From Eledone cirrhosa (Eukaryota): DNA of 64,000 nucleotides. The notes beneath the pieces are model-generated. The model was given only the letters and a program-made list of their open reading frames with translations. It was not told the origin of the DNA and ran no database searches. Of the stretch, positions 44,636 to 58,300 are shown one piece after another (position 1 is the stretch's first letter; the number at the start of each line of letters is the position of its first letter). A program made the translations under genes and the position numbers. The DNA lies in assembly GCA_964016885.1 (NCBI GenBank), contig OZ024741.1, forward strand, positions 379,254,001-379,318,000, read 5' to 3'.

Positions 44636-45855
44636 GGTCACATCTGAACAGTAGGAATGCCATAAGTGAAGTAAATTCCCGAGCTGTGTCTATTATTAGG
44701 TACAGTGCGGGAATTCTGAGATGGAATGTTGCCGAAGAAAAAGAAATGGATAGGAAGACTAGGAAGCTATTCACTATCTACAACATGTTCCACAAGAGGA
44801 GTGATGTTGATAGACTTTACTTAAGGAGATCTGAAGGTGGAAGAGGTCTTATCAGCATAGAGGACTGTGTTCAGATGGAGAAAAACAACCTACACAAATA
44901 CGTGACTGATAGTAAGGAGCCAATGTTCAGAATTGTACTGAAGGAGAGGACAATAGACCAGGGGATGTCCAAGGATGAAATAACAAGGAGAAAGAGCAGT
45001 CTTCATGAAAAATCGCTTCATAGTACCTTCTTTGAGAAAACTGAATTCAGAGATCCACAGACATGGAACTGGTTGAAAAGATGAGACCTTAAAAAGGCTA
45101 CAGAAGGAATGTTAATGGCTGCGCAAGAGCAGGCCCTCAAAACGAAGTGGTTGAAACACCATATTTACAAGGAGGAAGCTAGCCCACTGTGCAGGATCTG
45201 TGGAGAGAGAGAGGAAACTGTGGCTCACATTGTATCCGAGTGTAAACACCTAGCCCAGACTCACTATAAGGGCTGGAGACATGATGTGATGGGCAGGGTG
45301 ATCCACTGGCACCTATGCAAAGTAAACAATTTACCATATTCTGAGAAGTGGTATGAGCATATGCCAGAGTCGGTGATAGAAAACGATCAGGTGGAGGTGC
45401 TGTGGGATTTTATGATACAGACGGACAAGAAACTGGAACACAATAGACCTCACCTGGTGGTTTGGGACAAGGAAAAAGATCGTGCCTGATTGTGGATTGG
45501 CCAGCCCATTCGACACGAGAGTGCAAGAGAAGGAGAGGGAGAAAATTAACCGATACCAAGACTTAAAGTGGGAGGTAAATAGGATTTGGAACTGCCATGA
45601 AGTCAAAGTGGTCCCGATTGTCATAGGCGCACTAGGTACTATCTCAAAATGTTTCCAGGGATGATTAAATATAATTGGCCCCACCACGCTTTTTGGAACG
45701 CTTCAAAAGGCATGCTTGCTGGGAACAGTAAGAAGCCTCCGATACGTCCTGAATATCTGAGGCTGCAGGTAGTGGCTTGATATTCATTTCAACAAACTTT
45801 CCAGCTAACTATCATCAATGACTGAGACTCAAAGAACAATAATAATAATATTAAT
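44636..45855 (+). mobile_element. 3' part of another copy of the first Dong/R4 family, with RLE domain and (AAT)n tail
   Basis: Highly similar to 40660-41445 + 42866-43275. Confidence 0.9.
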
Positions 45856-45938
45856 AAATGTGAAGACTAAAGTAAAAGAGTGCTGGATAAGGATAATATA
45901 TATATCAAATATATAAAAACCATAGAGCAAATATTTAT

Positions 45939-46070
45939 TAAAATAACAGATTCAAATTTAAGCAAAGAATCGCTGCTTTCACCCTTAACGGGATCTTCTG
46001 AAAATCTCTCAGAAGATCCCGTTAAGGGTGAAAGCAGCGATTATTTGCTTAAAATTTAATCTGTTATTTA
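45939..46070. repeat. Hairpin with a 34-bp perfect core stem and 7-nt loop
   Basis: 45968-46001 is the exact reverse complement of 46009-46042; imperfect extension to ~60 bp. Confidence 0.9.
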
Positions 46071-46150
46071 AAAAAAATGAATATTTTTTCAATTACTATG
46101 CCCTTACATGGCCTTAGCCAAACGTCAGGAAGAGGTAAAAATGTAAAAGA

Positions 46151-46151
<1 letters not shown>

Positions 46152-46196
<45 letters not shown>

Positions 46197-46207
46197 ATAT
46201 ATGTATT

Positions 46208-46246
<39 letters not shown>

Positions 46247-46248
46247 GT

Positions 46249-46330
<82 letters not shown>
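46152..46330. repeat. (TA)n/(GT)n microsatellite
   Basis: Direct reading. Confidence 0.95.
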
Positions 46331-46331
<1 letters not shown>

Positions 46332-48799
46332 TGTGTGAGTGTGTCCGTGCGTGTGTTTGTTTGCATGAGCGCGTGTTTTTGAAATTAATTATCTTCAATA
46401 TTGTAGTCATTAATTTGCAAGACACGCTTAGCGTTCTATCAAAGTAATTAGTTCTATATCCCTGTCTGTAATGTTGACATATATAATTACTCTTTTACAG
46501 CGTGAGATAATAACGTATGTGCACAGTTTTATCAGATAGCATGAGAATATATGGAGGTAGTCTCTTTTATATTACCTATTGATTGATGCTCTCTAACGAT
46601 TATCTAAGTAACATTTCATATTTACACGCGTACGTACACATACATACAAACACATAAGCATGCATATATAAATGTTTGTGAGTGCGCGTATGTGTATATT
46701 CATGTATGTATGTACGTATGTATAATTATGGACATTTAAGATTCCTATTCACAAGGCATTTATTTACTGTGCCCTTGCGTAGTGTATGCTTTGCTCGTTA
46801 TCCGTAAACTTATATCTACAAATGAGAACCTTATGCGCCTAGAAACTGTACGTATTCCCAAAAACAAGATGTTTATTTTTCTACACCATTTGATAGAACT
46901 TGTTCTGTATCAGTAATGATGAAATCTTCGAATACTGATGTAAATAAGTCTATGGGGAACATAGAGGATAAATTCATAGAAATAATACGAACTGAAACTT
47001 CTAAAGAATTTTACACCTAACTGTGAGATTGAAGTGTTGATTCATCGATTGACGTAAAACAGAGGTGTTTAAATCACATTTCGCTACCTCAATGGAAACA
47101 ATGTTGTAGAAATCAGAGCTAAGATATTTCACAGTCCTAAGTGCGTGGTTATATTAAGTTGGTGTGTGATCCATAGAGAATAACTCAAAATGTTTTTTGA
47201 TGCAGTTTATTATCTCCCTCTACGTAACCACAGCATCACCTATACTGCAAAACGTAAGTACGTTTTTGTGGACTTCATTTTGTATATTATGCAGTCAGTC
47301 TCTAAGGAAAGGTTAGATAATTCATGGACACGATGGGAAGGTGTTTTATTTTCAACAAAGAGTTGGCAGCATTGGATACGTGACAGCAAAATACGCAATC
47401 TGGAGATAGTACGAAACTTCTGATTTATTAAGCTTTGTACGTCTAACTGGCATTAATGATTGAAAAAAGCGCAGCTAGCAACATTGTTCTCTACGAGCAT
47501 TCATTGCAGCTACATTAACAATAAAAAATAACAATAATTCAGCATAGCTGATATTTTTCTTTATTGGGTTACATGGAATAGACATGACTTGTTATGTCCT
47601 TAGTTCATCATAGGATCACTATAACACTATTGCGATACGTTTATTTACGCAAATACAAGTGATTGAGAACTTAGTGGACACCAGAGATTGCTATTAATAA
47701 TAAGGATAAAGGCCATGCATGACATATGTTGAGAAATTGAAGGAATATAGGAAGGGTTATTATTTCAACTGGAATATCAAACCAATTACTTTGGGACTTA
47801 TTCATATATCAGTGGAACAAATATACGGTTACAGTTGTTCCACGCATGATGTTGCTGGTATGATCATTTGAACCACTAGGTATGGCAAGTAAAACTATCT
47901 GATATAATCAGGTACTCTTCTTTAAAAGAACAGGAAGGACATATTAGGTAATCTGTGATATACTATGCATGAAATACATTGGTGCTAGAGAACCGAATTC
48001 CTTTGATCTCTTGTCTATATGACCGGGTCTGGATTTGAACTAAACAACAACATACATTAGTATCCATATAAAATATTGCGCATTTACTCTGACATTTGGT
48101 AAAAGTAGAGAAAATCTATTAAATTTATTCCTATTTATTATAAGTATTTATTTTCGGGCAACATGAGTAATGTGAAATTTGAAAGAAGTTGCATCAAAAG
48201 AAATAAATATAATTCAACGGGAAAGCACAGAACAAAATGAAAATGATAGCGTCAGAGAGAATATAATAAAAAAAAATTTAAATCACGAATGATAAAAAGA
48301 AATTCACAAAGATTCTATTACTTTATTAGAGAAAAGAAGATGCTCTTAAAAAATGAAATTGTATTAACATATTCATACGTACTTCTTTTCATATATTCTT
48401 ACAGATTACTTGCAAGTAACGTTTGAAAGGTAAGTCTCATAAATATAACGAGATAAATGTGGAAAACATGTAAAGAAGTAAAATTAACATTATGACATTC
48501 TTCAGTTATCTGTTTAGAACACACTGCAACAGATGTCATTTTGAACAAAAGTACATTGAAATAGTAACGCATGAAATATATTCCAAATATAGGAAGCTAC
48601 GCAATCACATTTTTTTCCCTAGAATGCAAAGTGAATAGAAAGAAGCATTTATATAGAAGATTGCCGAAAGCATTTCAGAATGTAACAGATATTTTATACT
48701 AATGGAATATCATGCAAGAAATGACATTCTGCAACTACAATTCAAACAAAGTCTACATTTACAGACACGTTCTCAATCCCTTACTCGTATATGTCTGTG

Positions 48800-48830
<31 letters not shown>

Positions 48831-48836
48831 ACAATT

Positions 48837-49161
48837 ATATTAAAGAAATGGAAACTATATTTATAAAACCATATTTATTTTATTATATATATATTTCAAG
48901 GGCAACCAAGACAACATTGGTACGCTTTCATCAGATAGAATAGAAAGTTTGTTTTATAAATAGAGAAATACCCATGAAAATCATACCTATCGGTTGGAAG
49001 TTCAGTGGATAAGGTAGGATTTTCATGGGTATGTCTCTATTTATGAAATAAAATTAGTATTTTATCTGATGAAAGCGTACGAATGCTGTATTGGTTGCCC
49101 TTGAAATATATATAATAAAATAAATATGGTTTTATAAATCTGGTTTCTATTTATTTAATAT
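48837..49161. mobile_element. ~325-bp fold-back element with an HHR on each arm (48880-48938 minus; 49060-49120 plus)
   Basis: Arms 48837-48991 / 49008-49161; TTTTAT-CTGATGA-AAG...CTT-GAAA-TATATA-TA-ATAAAA. Confidence 0.75.
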
Positions 49162-49401
49162 CATTGAATATTTATTCCAGTAAAACTGTTGTGTGCTCTA
49201 AATCGGTTATAAACATTTATATTTGTCGGACTTCCAACAAATTAAATACCACGTCTACTTATATATATATATATATAATTGGTGTTGGATGCTTAAAGCG
49301 TCCGTAAGCGGTAAGCCGTATGAGCACTCAATCCCCTCGTAGAGCAGAGTATGATATCACAGAAAAAAGAGATTCAGTGTTGCGACGCAAGGATTTTATT
49401 G

Positions 49402-49496
49402 GACATATTACAATAGTTTCTCGGGCGACCAGCTCGAGGCATGATCGATATGGTAAACAAACCTGACTCTGAAATCGCGCTGTCCTCGGATACGTC
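49402..49496 (-). ncRNA. HHR-like motif, CCGAGGA variant (same family as 1304-1397)
   Basis: Minus strand GACGTAT-CCGAGGA...GGTCGCCCGA-GAAAC-TATT-GTA-ATATGTC. Confidence 0.6.
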
Positions 49497-51260
49497 TCGA
49501 TTCTACGATATCATCTAATCTTCTCCTAAGTCAATCCCTGTACGATGCAATTTAGTGCATAGTAGGGGGATTGCATACTACATTGAGGCATGTCTCAATT
49601 ATGACCTGTACAAGCAGACAACATTGATTTGGAGGAAAATTCCGGAGTGTTTTTTGACAAGAACGTAAGGCAAGCACCAAATGAAATATTGGCTAACAAT
49701 AAAGATTGCATGAGTTATATATATGTGTATACATTTATAGATTTCTTGAAGAAAGAAAATATAGGTGACTATCAAACAATGGTGTTCAGTTTACATTATT
49801 GAACACTGGTACCATATTTTTTAATATGAGTAAATCAACTTCAGACAATAGATTGGTCAGTTTGAATAATTTTTACAGGTTGTTTGGTTTCTTTTGGTTT
49901 GTTTTTTATTGTTTTATGTGCTCCATATCGTATTCACTTCCTCAGACAATAATGCACGAAATTGCAAAATTATCATTTCTGTATTATTTTCATCTAGAGT
50001 GGCCATCGTTTCAAGATGCTTCCTACATTATCTAGAACAAGGGCGGGCATCATGTCCATATATATGATTGAACAATCTATGACAATGACAAACAAAATGA
50101 CAAAATATATTCGGAAAACTCAGTGACATATTTTCGGCCCTAGATATTAGATTAATTTCCAAATGGCATTACTAAATCTTTCTAACATTCGACTATTCAC
50201 TTGTCAGATGTAGAACATATTCATCGTGTTCCAGGCGGCGAAAACATATGCTAATTTTATATTTGAATGGTATTTATGAAAAATACAGTGTAGTATGGCA
50301 TATTGTTATTATTAATTCATTTTTAGTGTCGATCGTTTATGTTATTGCAAATTCATTGTGATAAATATGATGAGCCTATTACTATTTGTACGTTCCTCAA
50401 TGAATGCCAATTGAATTATTTGCAAGAGATCCCAAACTCTGATTTCTTCTAGAAATTTAGAAACTCTTTTATTATACACATTCGACGTAAAATATTAATC
50501 CTTCTAGTATCAATAATTTAGTCCACACGGTGTTATACTTTGTCATACCATTTCATATTACGGTGGGATTTTGACTTAATTATTTGTCAAACATGTATTA
50601 GCTTGATACACCAATATTTAGAAAGCTAATTGCCAAGATTAAGGTGGTTATTAGATTAATTAAAATTACATTGTGGATGAGAAGCGTGCTTGTTGGTACG
50701 GGGAGATTATTGTTCGTGTATACGAGTTAAATTAGAACAGACAAATAATGTGTACGGGAGCTAGTTCTACCGTTTATTAGTCAGTTTCCTAAGCACATTT
50801 TTTAATAATAAATAGCACGTCTATATGATTTCTCTTCAGTTCAAACTCGATATCCACCGACTAATATTCTGCACAATGTCTTTCAAAATATGGTGGTGTG
50901 TTTGGGATTCGTTTTAATATAATGCAATTTTACATTAGCGTAAATATGGACTGCATTTAACAGCACTTCAATAATTACGTATATATGACAATTATAATCA
51001 TATGCCTATTAATTATTATCTTGAAATCCAATTATTTGAAAATGGAGGTAAGCTATATTGTAACACTATCCTTTGTTTATCGCGAATTGAACAGGATATC
51101 TCCATGCCTAAGACTCAAGTACAGATAGTGGAAACTCTATAGAAAACAATTCCAGGTGGCAGGATGGTAGAGCCTTTTCAGAAATATTTCTAGTTTGTAT
51201 GATTCTTTCCATCCCAAATCTGTATCCATTTTGTTTAACGAGATACATATATTGTAAAAT

Positions 51261-51440
51261 AAAAATGATTGTATATCATACATAATTCTATTATAATAGC
51301 AGGATTAACAATTATATTAAAACATCTGCTGAATTCCAGCTATTATTCTAGAAGCAATATAGTCAATGACAGTAACAACATGCCTACTTTGAACCGCATA
51401 CACTTACAAAATACATTTCATAATAATACAGAATGATCTG
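51261..51440 (+). repeat. ~175-bp segment duplicated at 58336-58513
   Basis: ATTCTATTATAATAGCAGGATTAACAATT...CCTACTTTGAACCGCATAC... in both. Confidence 0.85.
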
Positions 51441-53139
51441 ATAACTGATGAAAGATATGATGCCGCTTCAAAAGTATTTCTATTGACTGAAGCTAGCTGA
51501 GGTTTTTTAGGATTATCATCAAATATGGAATTTTCATGAGAAATATTCGGGACGTGATTTCCGAATGGTGATGGATAGGCTTGTAACTGATTGCTGCACG
51601 CCAGGAATGAAAAACAATGCTACGATATTCATCCTATCGAGAAAGTCAGCGCAGTACACGTTGTACTTTGCATGTAATGGTAATTAACCTGAAACAAAAT
51701 GAAATGCCCAGGTATCTCGCTGCCATATTCACGAGGGACGTGGTATAAGTGACTGAATTAAATGGAGTATTCCTTGGAGTTAGTTCAATAACGCTACAGG
51801 TTCATCGTTTGGTCACCAGAAGGAGGGAGGTAGGTATACAAGCCAAACGCACTATATTCAATGCTGTTCCAAGTATCTTCACACCTAGTTTTCCATGTGG
51901 TCATAACTCTTGGTATATGACTGAAAGTATAGGATCTCAACTACATGTGTTGACATGAGATTTCTCCGAAACAGCTTCTTTTGAGTAACTCTATAAGGTA
52001 GCGAAGGTAGCTCGTTAATCATGGAGTCACTCCAGGTACAGCAACTATTTACCCAAATCATGTTTCTGTAAGGAGATAATCGATAGACAGGATTTTAAGG
52101 GCAACTCCAACATGCCGGAGACATGAAAGGTTGACCACGAACAAGATGGTGAGGTAATATTCATTTATAAGCTCAGATATTCTCCCTTTTACATCCACTT
52201 TGAAACCTTTTCGCTTCTGATAGACTGCTTTAGAAGGCTTGGTAGATGGTTTGCCTCCACAACCCTTTCATAATTAAGTAATCAAGGTAGAAAGGATGAA
52301 GAATATATATGAACCAATTCATGCCTATAGTATTGCTTCTGCATAAGATCAAATTAATAGTTATTTTAAAGTAAGACAATCAAGTGTATCCTCAATTCTA
52401 GGAACCAGAAAATGGCTGTCGCTAGACGTATCTTTACAGGTGTTAAAATCCATTGCGTTTCTTCAGGAATTGTCACTGAAAGCGTACATGGAAATAACTT
52501 ATTAAAACCAAGAATAGTTTTAACTTCAACAGATAGAATGTTACACTTTTATTTTTAAAGGAGGCGATTCCCTATTATTTACACATTATCCATGACTAGC
52601 AACAATACTGTAGTTTAGACATTTACTACCGTTGAAGTATTTTACTATTTAGCCATTGTCTACTATATACAGCTTTAAGTGGCACCGAAAATACTAGACA
52701 GCTGAAATTGCTAAGTAATAATCCAAAATGACAGCGTGTGTTTTATTCTAAAATATATACAATAAATATTGTTTTGAGAAGAATTTTAGATTAATTGAGC
52801 ATTTAATATACGCCTCAAGATATATTATGTTGTTGACAGTTTACATCTCGAAAATGGGCATTCTCATCTGTACCACACTCCATAATGATTTGGATATTGT
52901 AAATCAAAAGCTTTTATTTATGATATATTACATATATTGCTATAGAATATGGAGAATATATTATTAGTGCAAACTGCAGATTATTTTGGAGCGCTTTAAA
53001 TATAATGTGACTCTCAGTGAAATATTTATATAATTCTTATGTAACATTTTAGAATCATACATTGCATCGTTATTTTGAATGACACGGGGTATATAAAGGA
53101 AATGTTAACGGTGATACGAGCCAATTGAAAACAGATTTA

Positions 53140-53187
53140 GAATATATATCGATTCCATATTCCCTTTGATAGTAATTGTTTGTATAC

Positions 53188-53226
<39 letters not shown>

Positions 53227-53261
53227 TACTATCAAAGGGAATATGGAATTGATATATATTC
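53140..53261. repeat. 35-bp inverted repeat enclosing a (TA)n tract
   Basis: ATTCCATATTCCCTTTGATAGTA / TACTATCAAAGGGAATATGGAAT. Confidence 0.85.
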
Positions 53262-54479
53262 AAACCTAAATAAATAATTGTTTCTACTTTAGGCACAAGG
53301 CCAGCAATTACCCAGTGCATTATAAATAAATAATGCTCCTGAAATGTTGAGCACTTCCAGATGTAATAATGAACAGCGGCATGGGACTGACTAGATCTAA
53401 TCACCATTCGGATTTTGGCTACTCTGCGCCCAACTGGCCCAGAGCTACTTCCCTCTCGGAATATTCAGACTTGGACAAAATTCTACGGATTATACCATAA
53501 CCTGTATTGTACTGTACTGTATTGACTAAATTATCTACTCTATACTTCAGGGCCTTTGTAATTCACACTGAATTCTCAGACTCGAACACACACTGATTCC
53601 ATTTCCATATCTATATGCATTATCTGACTGCAACTTGAAATATATTGTATTTCTCCTGTGTTTTGATTTCTCCATTTTACTCAACCACCACTCTAGTTAT
53701 TTTTATTTGTTTATTTATATATTTCTACCTTTTTACTTTATTAATGTGTTTTATCTACGTATTCTACTTTTATCTATCGATGCATTTTTATTCCTTTAAT
53801 TCGGATTTTTACTCGCTTGTACCCATTATCACACGACACTAGAATATCTACCCCTTAGAACAACAATACCTATTACACGGACTATTCGGGGACCTAGATA
53901 TAGTCTATTTACGCTTAATCGAGTTTTACAATTGATTTCACGCGATGATCCGACTGTTGTGTTGGTTTTCTTGGCTGCGAGACCGGCCACTTTGCATAGA
54001 CCTACCTTGAGTGCTTGGAAAAATAAATGTCCCCTTCTTTCGGTAAGTAAAATTACTCAGATCGGTTATTTCGCCAAGGGGTGGGACGCGCAGCAGTTTT
54101 TGTTGACCGCCATAAAGTACCTTTACATTCTAAGCCTAATTATAACTATTAACTGTATCATGCCTCCCTCTACTTAAACAAATCCACCTCCTGTGTAAAT
54201 TATTAGTACTCTTTTGGTATAACGATAGCCTAACGACGATGGCTGGCTTCCCACTAGCACACCTGAAGCCAGGAATACATTCCTAGAGGGCTTGGAAAAA
54301 TTGATTTCCATATATTTCGCTAGGCGATCTCACTCGGAATGGCTGACACGTGGTTAAGATGGGCAGGCCGGGTTCTGCAGTCGCCGCATGCTGTTTGACT
54401 GCTAAACAAGGACATCATCTTTACTCTACATCCCACTCGGATAACTTATAGAGGATCTATATAATACAATTAAAGTTTC

Positions 54480-56540
54480 TTCACATAAGACTGTTTAATT
54501 TTCAATTTTCTAATTTTCTAATTTTCTAATGTTAATCTTAATTTTTTTTAACTTCATCCTATAAATCTAATCGAAATTTTAAGGGAGGGAAGCATTTTTC
54601 TAAGGCCCTAAAGAATAGTTTAGGAATATTATTAGTTATAGATAGAGAAAAAGGAGCATTATAGCAAATCATATTTTTGTATCTAGTTTTTTATTTAATT
54701 TATTGGAATGTTCACAATTAACTGCTTTACTTTAATTCCTTCGATGATTGGTTTCTTTACTGTATTTAATTTTATCAGGATAACCGGCTTTGGAAAGCTC
54801 ATTATTATAGTAATTGGCATTAGCGTCGAAGATAACTTTATTAGAAGATAGATTTGAGATTATTTTTTAAATATTACTATAGCATTTTCAATATTACTAT
54901 AGCATTTTTTAACATTAGTGGGGTGGTTAGATTTAAAGTTAACAATTTAGATTTTCATTGTTTTTATGGTAAGGGCCAGTGTCAAGATTAAGGGATATAT
55001 CCAAGAAGTTAGATAGTTTGAAGTTGTTATCAAATTCAATTTTAAGTTCATGGTGCTTAAATAGATCAAGAATATTGTTCTTAATAATATTAAGGTTAAC
55101 AAAGTTACAGTTTAAAACAGTAAAAAGGACATCGTCACGATACATTCCACTTCTTTTAAAGCAAGATTTTATAATCACGAATCGTCTTTTAAATACCAAC
55201 TCAAAAGAACTAACACGGCACTCTCGGAACTCATATGGTCCTTAAAAGACAAAAATATAAACTATAACATCTCTTGAAGGAAAGTTTGCTACGCCTTTCT
55301 TTACCTGAATTCTTCCCTACCCAGAACATGTAATCTCTGTCTAGCCGAGAAATGTACCATTATATCTAATTTTAATTCTACAATAAATAGACGTACGGAT
55401 GTATTTTCGGTCTGCTTGCATAAATCCAATAGAACCTTCCATAAAGTATACAGCTTAAATATCAATACATAATTAGTTTAAAATCTTTTTTCTCTAAGGC
55501 TTTTATATCTATTACAAATATACCCATCTTTCTACCTTATTTCAGTATATTATATTATACAATTTACTCCTTCTATATCGTTAGAGGTCCCATATCTTTT
55601 TCTTCTTTTACCTTTTGTTTTTCTTTTTTTTCTTTTTTAATTTCTAATCTTTAATCTGTAACATTTATTTCCCAATTACTTCTCAATTCATATTATTATT
55701 CACTACAGCATTTTCAATTTTTTCCATTTTTCCATTTTCCTCATATAAACTATATTTTTTAATACATAGAAACTATATTTTTTAATACATAATAATATTA
55801 CCATTAGGATTTTTTTGTAAATATATAAGTTTAAAATTTGGATCATCTTTCCTTCCGTACTCGTTTCAAACTTATTATTCACTGTTACATATTACAATAC
55901 ATAAACACAAACTTAAACCCTAACTAATTCCTCTAAGTTCATAATTCATTTATTCTTCTCCTTCTCTCACATTATATCCTTAATATTATTAATATTTTAT
56001 TTTAATAATACATATTAATTATTTTTTTCGCACATATTATTAAACTCATCAATATATAAACCTTTAATACTATTCTTAATTCCTTTTTCTTTAATCATAA
56101 ACATCAACATCAATAAACCTCATTAACTCTTAATTTCAACATCTTTTAAAATTATCTATTAATTATTTAATTTCTCTTTGTGAGTCAATGTTTTTCTCAG
56201 TTGTAAAGGCTATTTCTCTCTCTCTATCACTTATTTCTCCTCCTCTCTCATCCTTCCTTCTTATACTCCTCCCACTTCATCCTTTATTTTCTTTCTTGCT
56301 CTTCCTTGCCATTTCCTACCCCCCCCCCCCTTCATGTTTTCCCTTCTCATATATCCATCTCATTTTATTCTGCATATGTTGATTTAAAAGTTCACTGCTC
56401 ACATGTGTTTTTTAAACTTCATATCATGTTTCCCTATTTTATCCGATGAGAACGCAGTTATCATCTCATGATGATATTTGTTTTTGAAATGCGCAAAATA
56501 AAAACTTGGAACTCTTTTAACCATCTTTTGATCTTATATT
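54480..56540. mobile_element. Degenerate PLE with an inverted 5' part: RT on minus (~54560-55148), GIY-YIG end and 3' region on plus (55149-56540)
   Basis: Minus GMYRDDVL..NFLDISL; plus SFKARFYNH..TALSELIWSLKD..CNLCLAEK; HHR-like CCGATGA...GAAA at 56437-56503. Confidence 0.75.
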
Positions 56541-56546
56541 ATATAT

Positions 56547-56580
56547 ACTAGAATAAATACCATGTGCTGCCCGGGTTAAA
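56547..56580 (-). mobile_element. Possible Helitron 3' terminus
   Basis: Minus strand ACCCGGGCAGCACATGGT hairpin followed by CTAG|T; element extent unknown. Confidence 0.4.
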
Positions 56581-56934
56581 AAAATAATTAAATTTATTCA
56601 AAACTTGATTATATGTTCGTAATACATATTGTGATTAGTGATTCTAATATTATTGGCATAACACATTTTGTGAGATCAACAACAATAATACATTTGAAAT
56701 ACAATATCGAAAATGTAAATTACGATAAAAATTCAGTAATTTTTTACAACACCCACCACCTCGATGTTTCTTGGAAATTATTATTTTCCCTCCGGTTGTT
56801 CGTGAGCTATAATATCAATCTCATCTCCGTCTATGCTGCAAATGATTTTTTCCGGCGTAAAACGGAAGGAGAACAGAGGATGGAACCTCGAACATTTCCG
56901 TTGTCGTTGATTGATGTTTATCTTTATTATTTAT

Positions 56935-57117
56935 GCGGTGAATTGGCAGTATCGGTAGACGGTCGGACGCCATGCTTTCCAGCATAGTTACGTTCCCTTA
57001 CGGTCTGAGTTCAAATCCTGTCGATGTTAACTTTACTGTTCATCCTTACCGGGTCGATAAAATAAAGTACCAGTAATGAACTGGGTAATTGCTGGCCTTT
57101 TGCCAAAAGAAGAAACA
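56935..57117 (+). mobile_element. tRNA-derived SINE copy with probable TSD ATTATTTATGC
   Basis: Same family as 20716-20902; TSD at 56926-56936 / 57118-57128. Confidence 0.8.
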
Positions 57118-57573
57118 ATTATTTATGCCTTCTTTATGTCTTTCTTTTTTATGTCTATTCCTTTTCCCAGCTAAAAGCCTACCCCTCTTATTAAGTCCTA
57201 TCGAAGAGAAGTTGTTATTCTGTATTTGTAATTTAATGTACCGGAAGTTAAACACTTTTTAAGCATAATTTAATTCGATTTTTCCTGATAGATTATTGGG
57301 ATTGCCATTTCCAAATAGGCTTCCTAACACGCTAATGAAACATGTAAATGCTTGAAAGAAACCATATTGTACAGTGTGTTCCAAATCTGTTTAAATCTGT
57401 ATCTATTTGTAACCACTACATGAATTAATGTTTAGGAAAGCCTCAGAGGATCACTCTACGATCTTCTTCCTAAAGCAACACTTATGTTGTGTAAAAAAAA
57501 CAATGTTGCAGCGACAATCCTTGATAAGCGTTACTTAACCTCTTAAACTAGTGTATCAGAAAACGATAACTCG

Positions 57574-57659
<86 letters not shown>

Positions 57660-57782
57660 TATATATATAGATGCGCGTGTGTGTGGGGGGGGGGGCGTAT
57701 AAAAGTAACCAGAATAACAGCACGATCGGTACAGTTTTTGGAAGGGATATATTAGGTTAACGATTGATATAGCAGGAATGGG

Positions 57783-57818
57783 TCTTAAAGTTTCGGATGC
57801 TAGTCTTTCATCAGCAGA
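57783..57818 (-). ncRNA. Degenerate minimal HHR-like motif
   Basis: Minus strand TCTG-CTGATGA-AAGACTAGCATCC-GAAAC-TTTA-AGA. Confidence 0.4.
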
Positions 57819-57961
57819 AAGGATGAGAAATAAGATAGATTGAGGAGACGGACGGGTTGGAATTGCCAAAAATGTCTTTAGACAAAAATAACAAGTCATT
57901 CAAGTTGACACCTCTTGCGATGATTTCTCCCGAATGTAACAGTTCTAGTCCTGTAGAAATG

Positions 57962-58006
<45 letters not shown>

Positions 58007-58009
<3 letters not shown>

Positions 58010-58240
58010 AAGGATGCAAGGAAGATTACATAGGACAAACTAAACTCACACTCAGAAATCGATTGACAATTCATCGCCAAAAATTACGAGATCCTACCAC
58101 AAGACAGATACCACTAAGTTCACATCTAGAAATATGCACAAGTAATAAGACCAATTCCAAGTATTACAATTATTGTTTCGACACACGATTTCAAATCAAA
58201 AACCTCGCAAAACAAATTTATCGCGTCATTGTATATAGAT

Positions 58241-58243
<3 letters not shown>
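58007..58243 (+). mobile_element. PLE GIY-YIG fragment between microsatellites
   Basis: GCKEDYIGQTKLTLRNRLTIHRQK...LSSHLEIC. Confidence 0.7.

Positions 58244-58300
<57 letters not shown>

Noticed and set aside
53930-54450. GC-richer island with possible structured RNA or retroelement 5' UTR
   Set aside because: Could not build a convincing fold or find a second copy in the window
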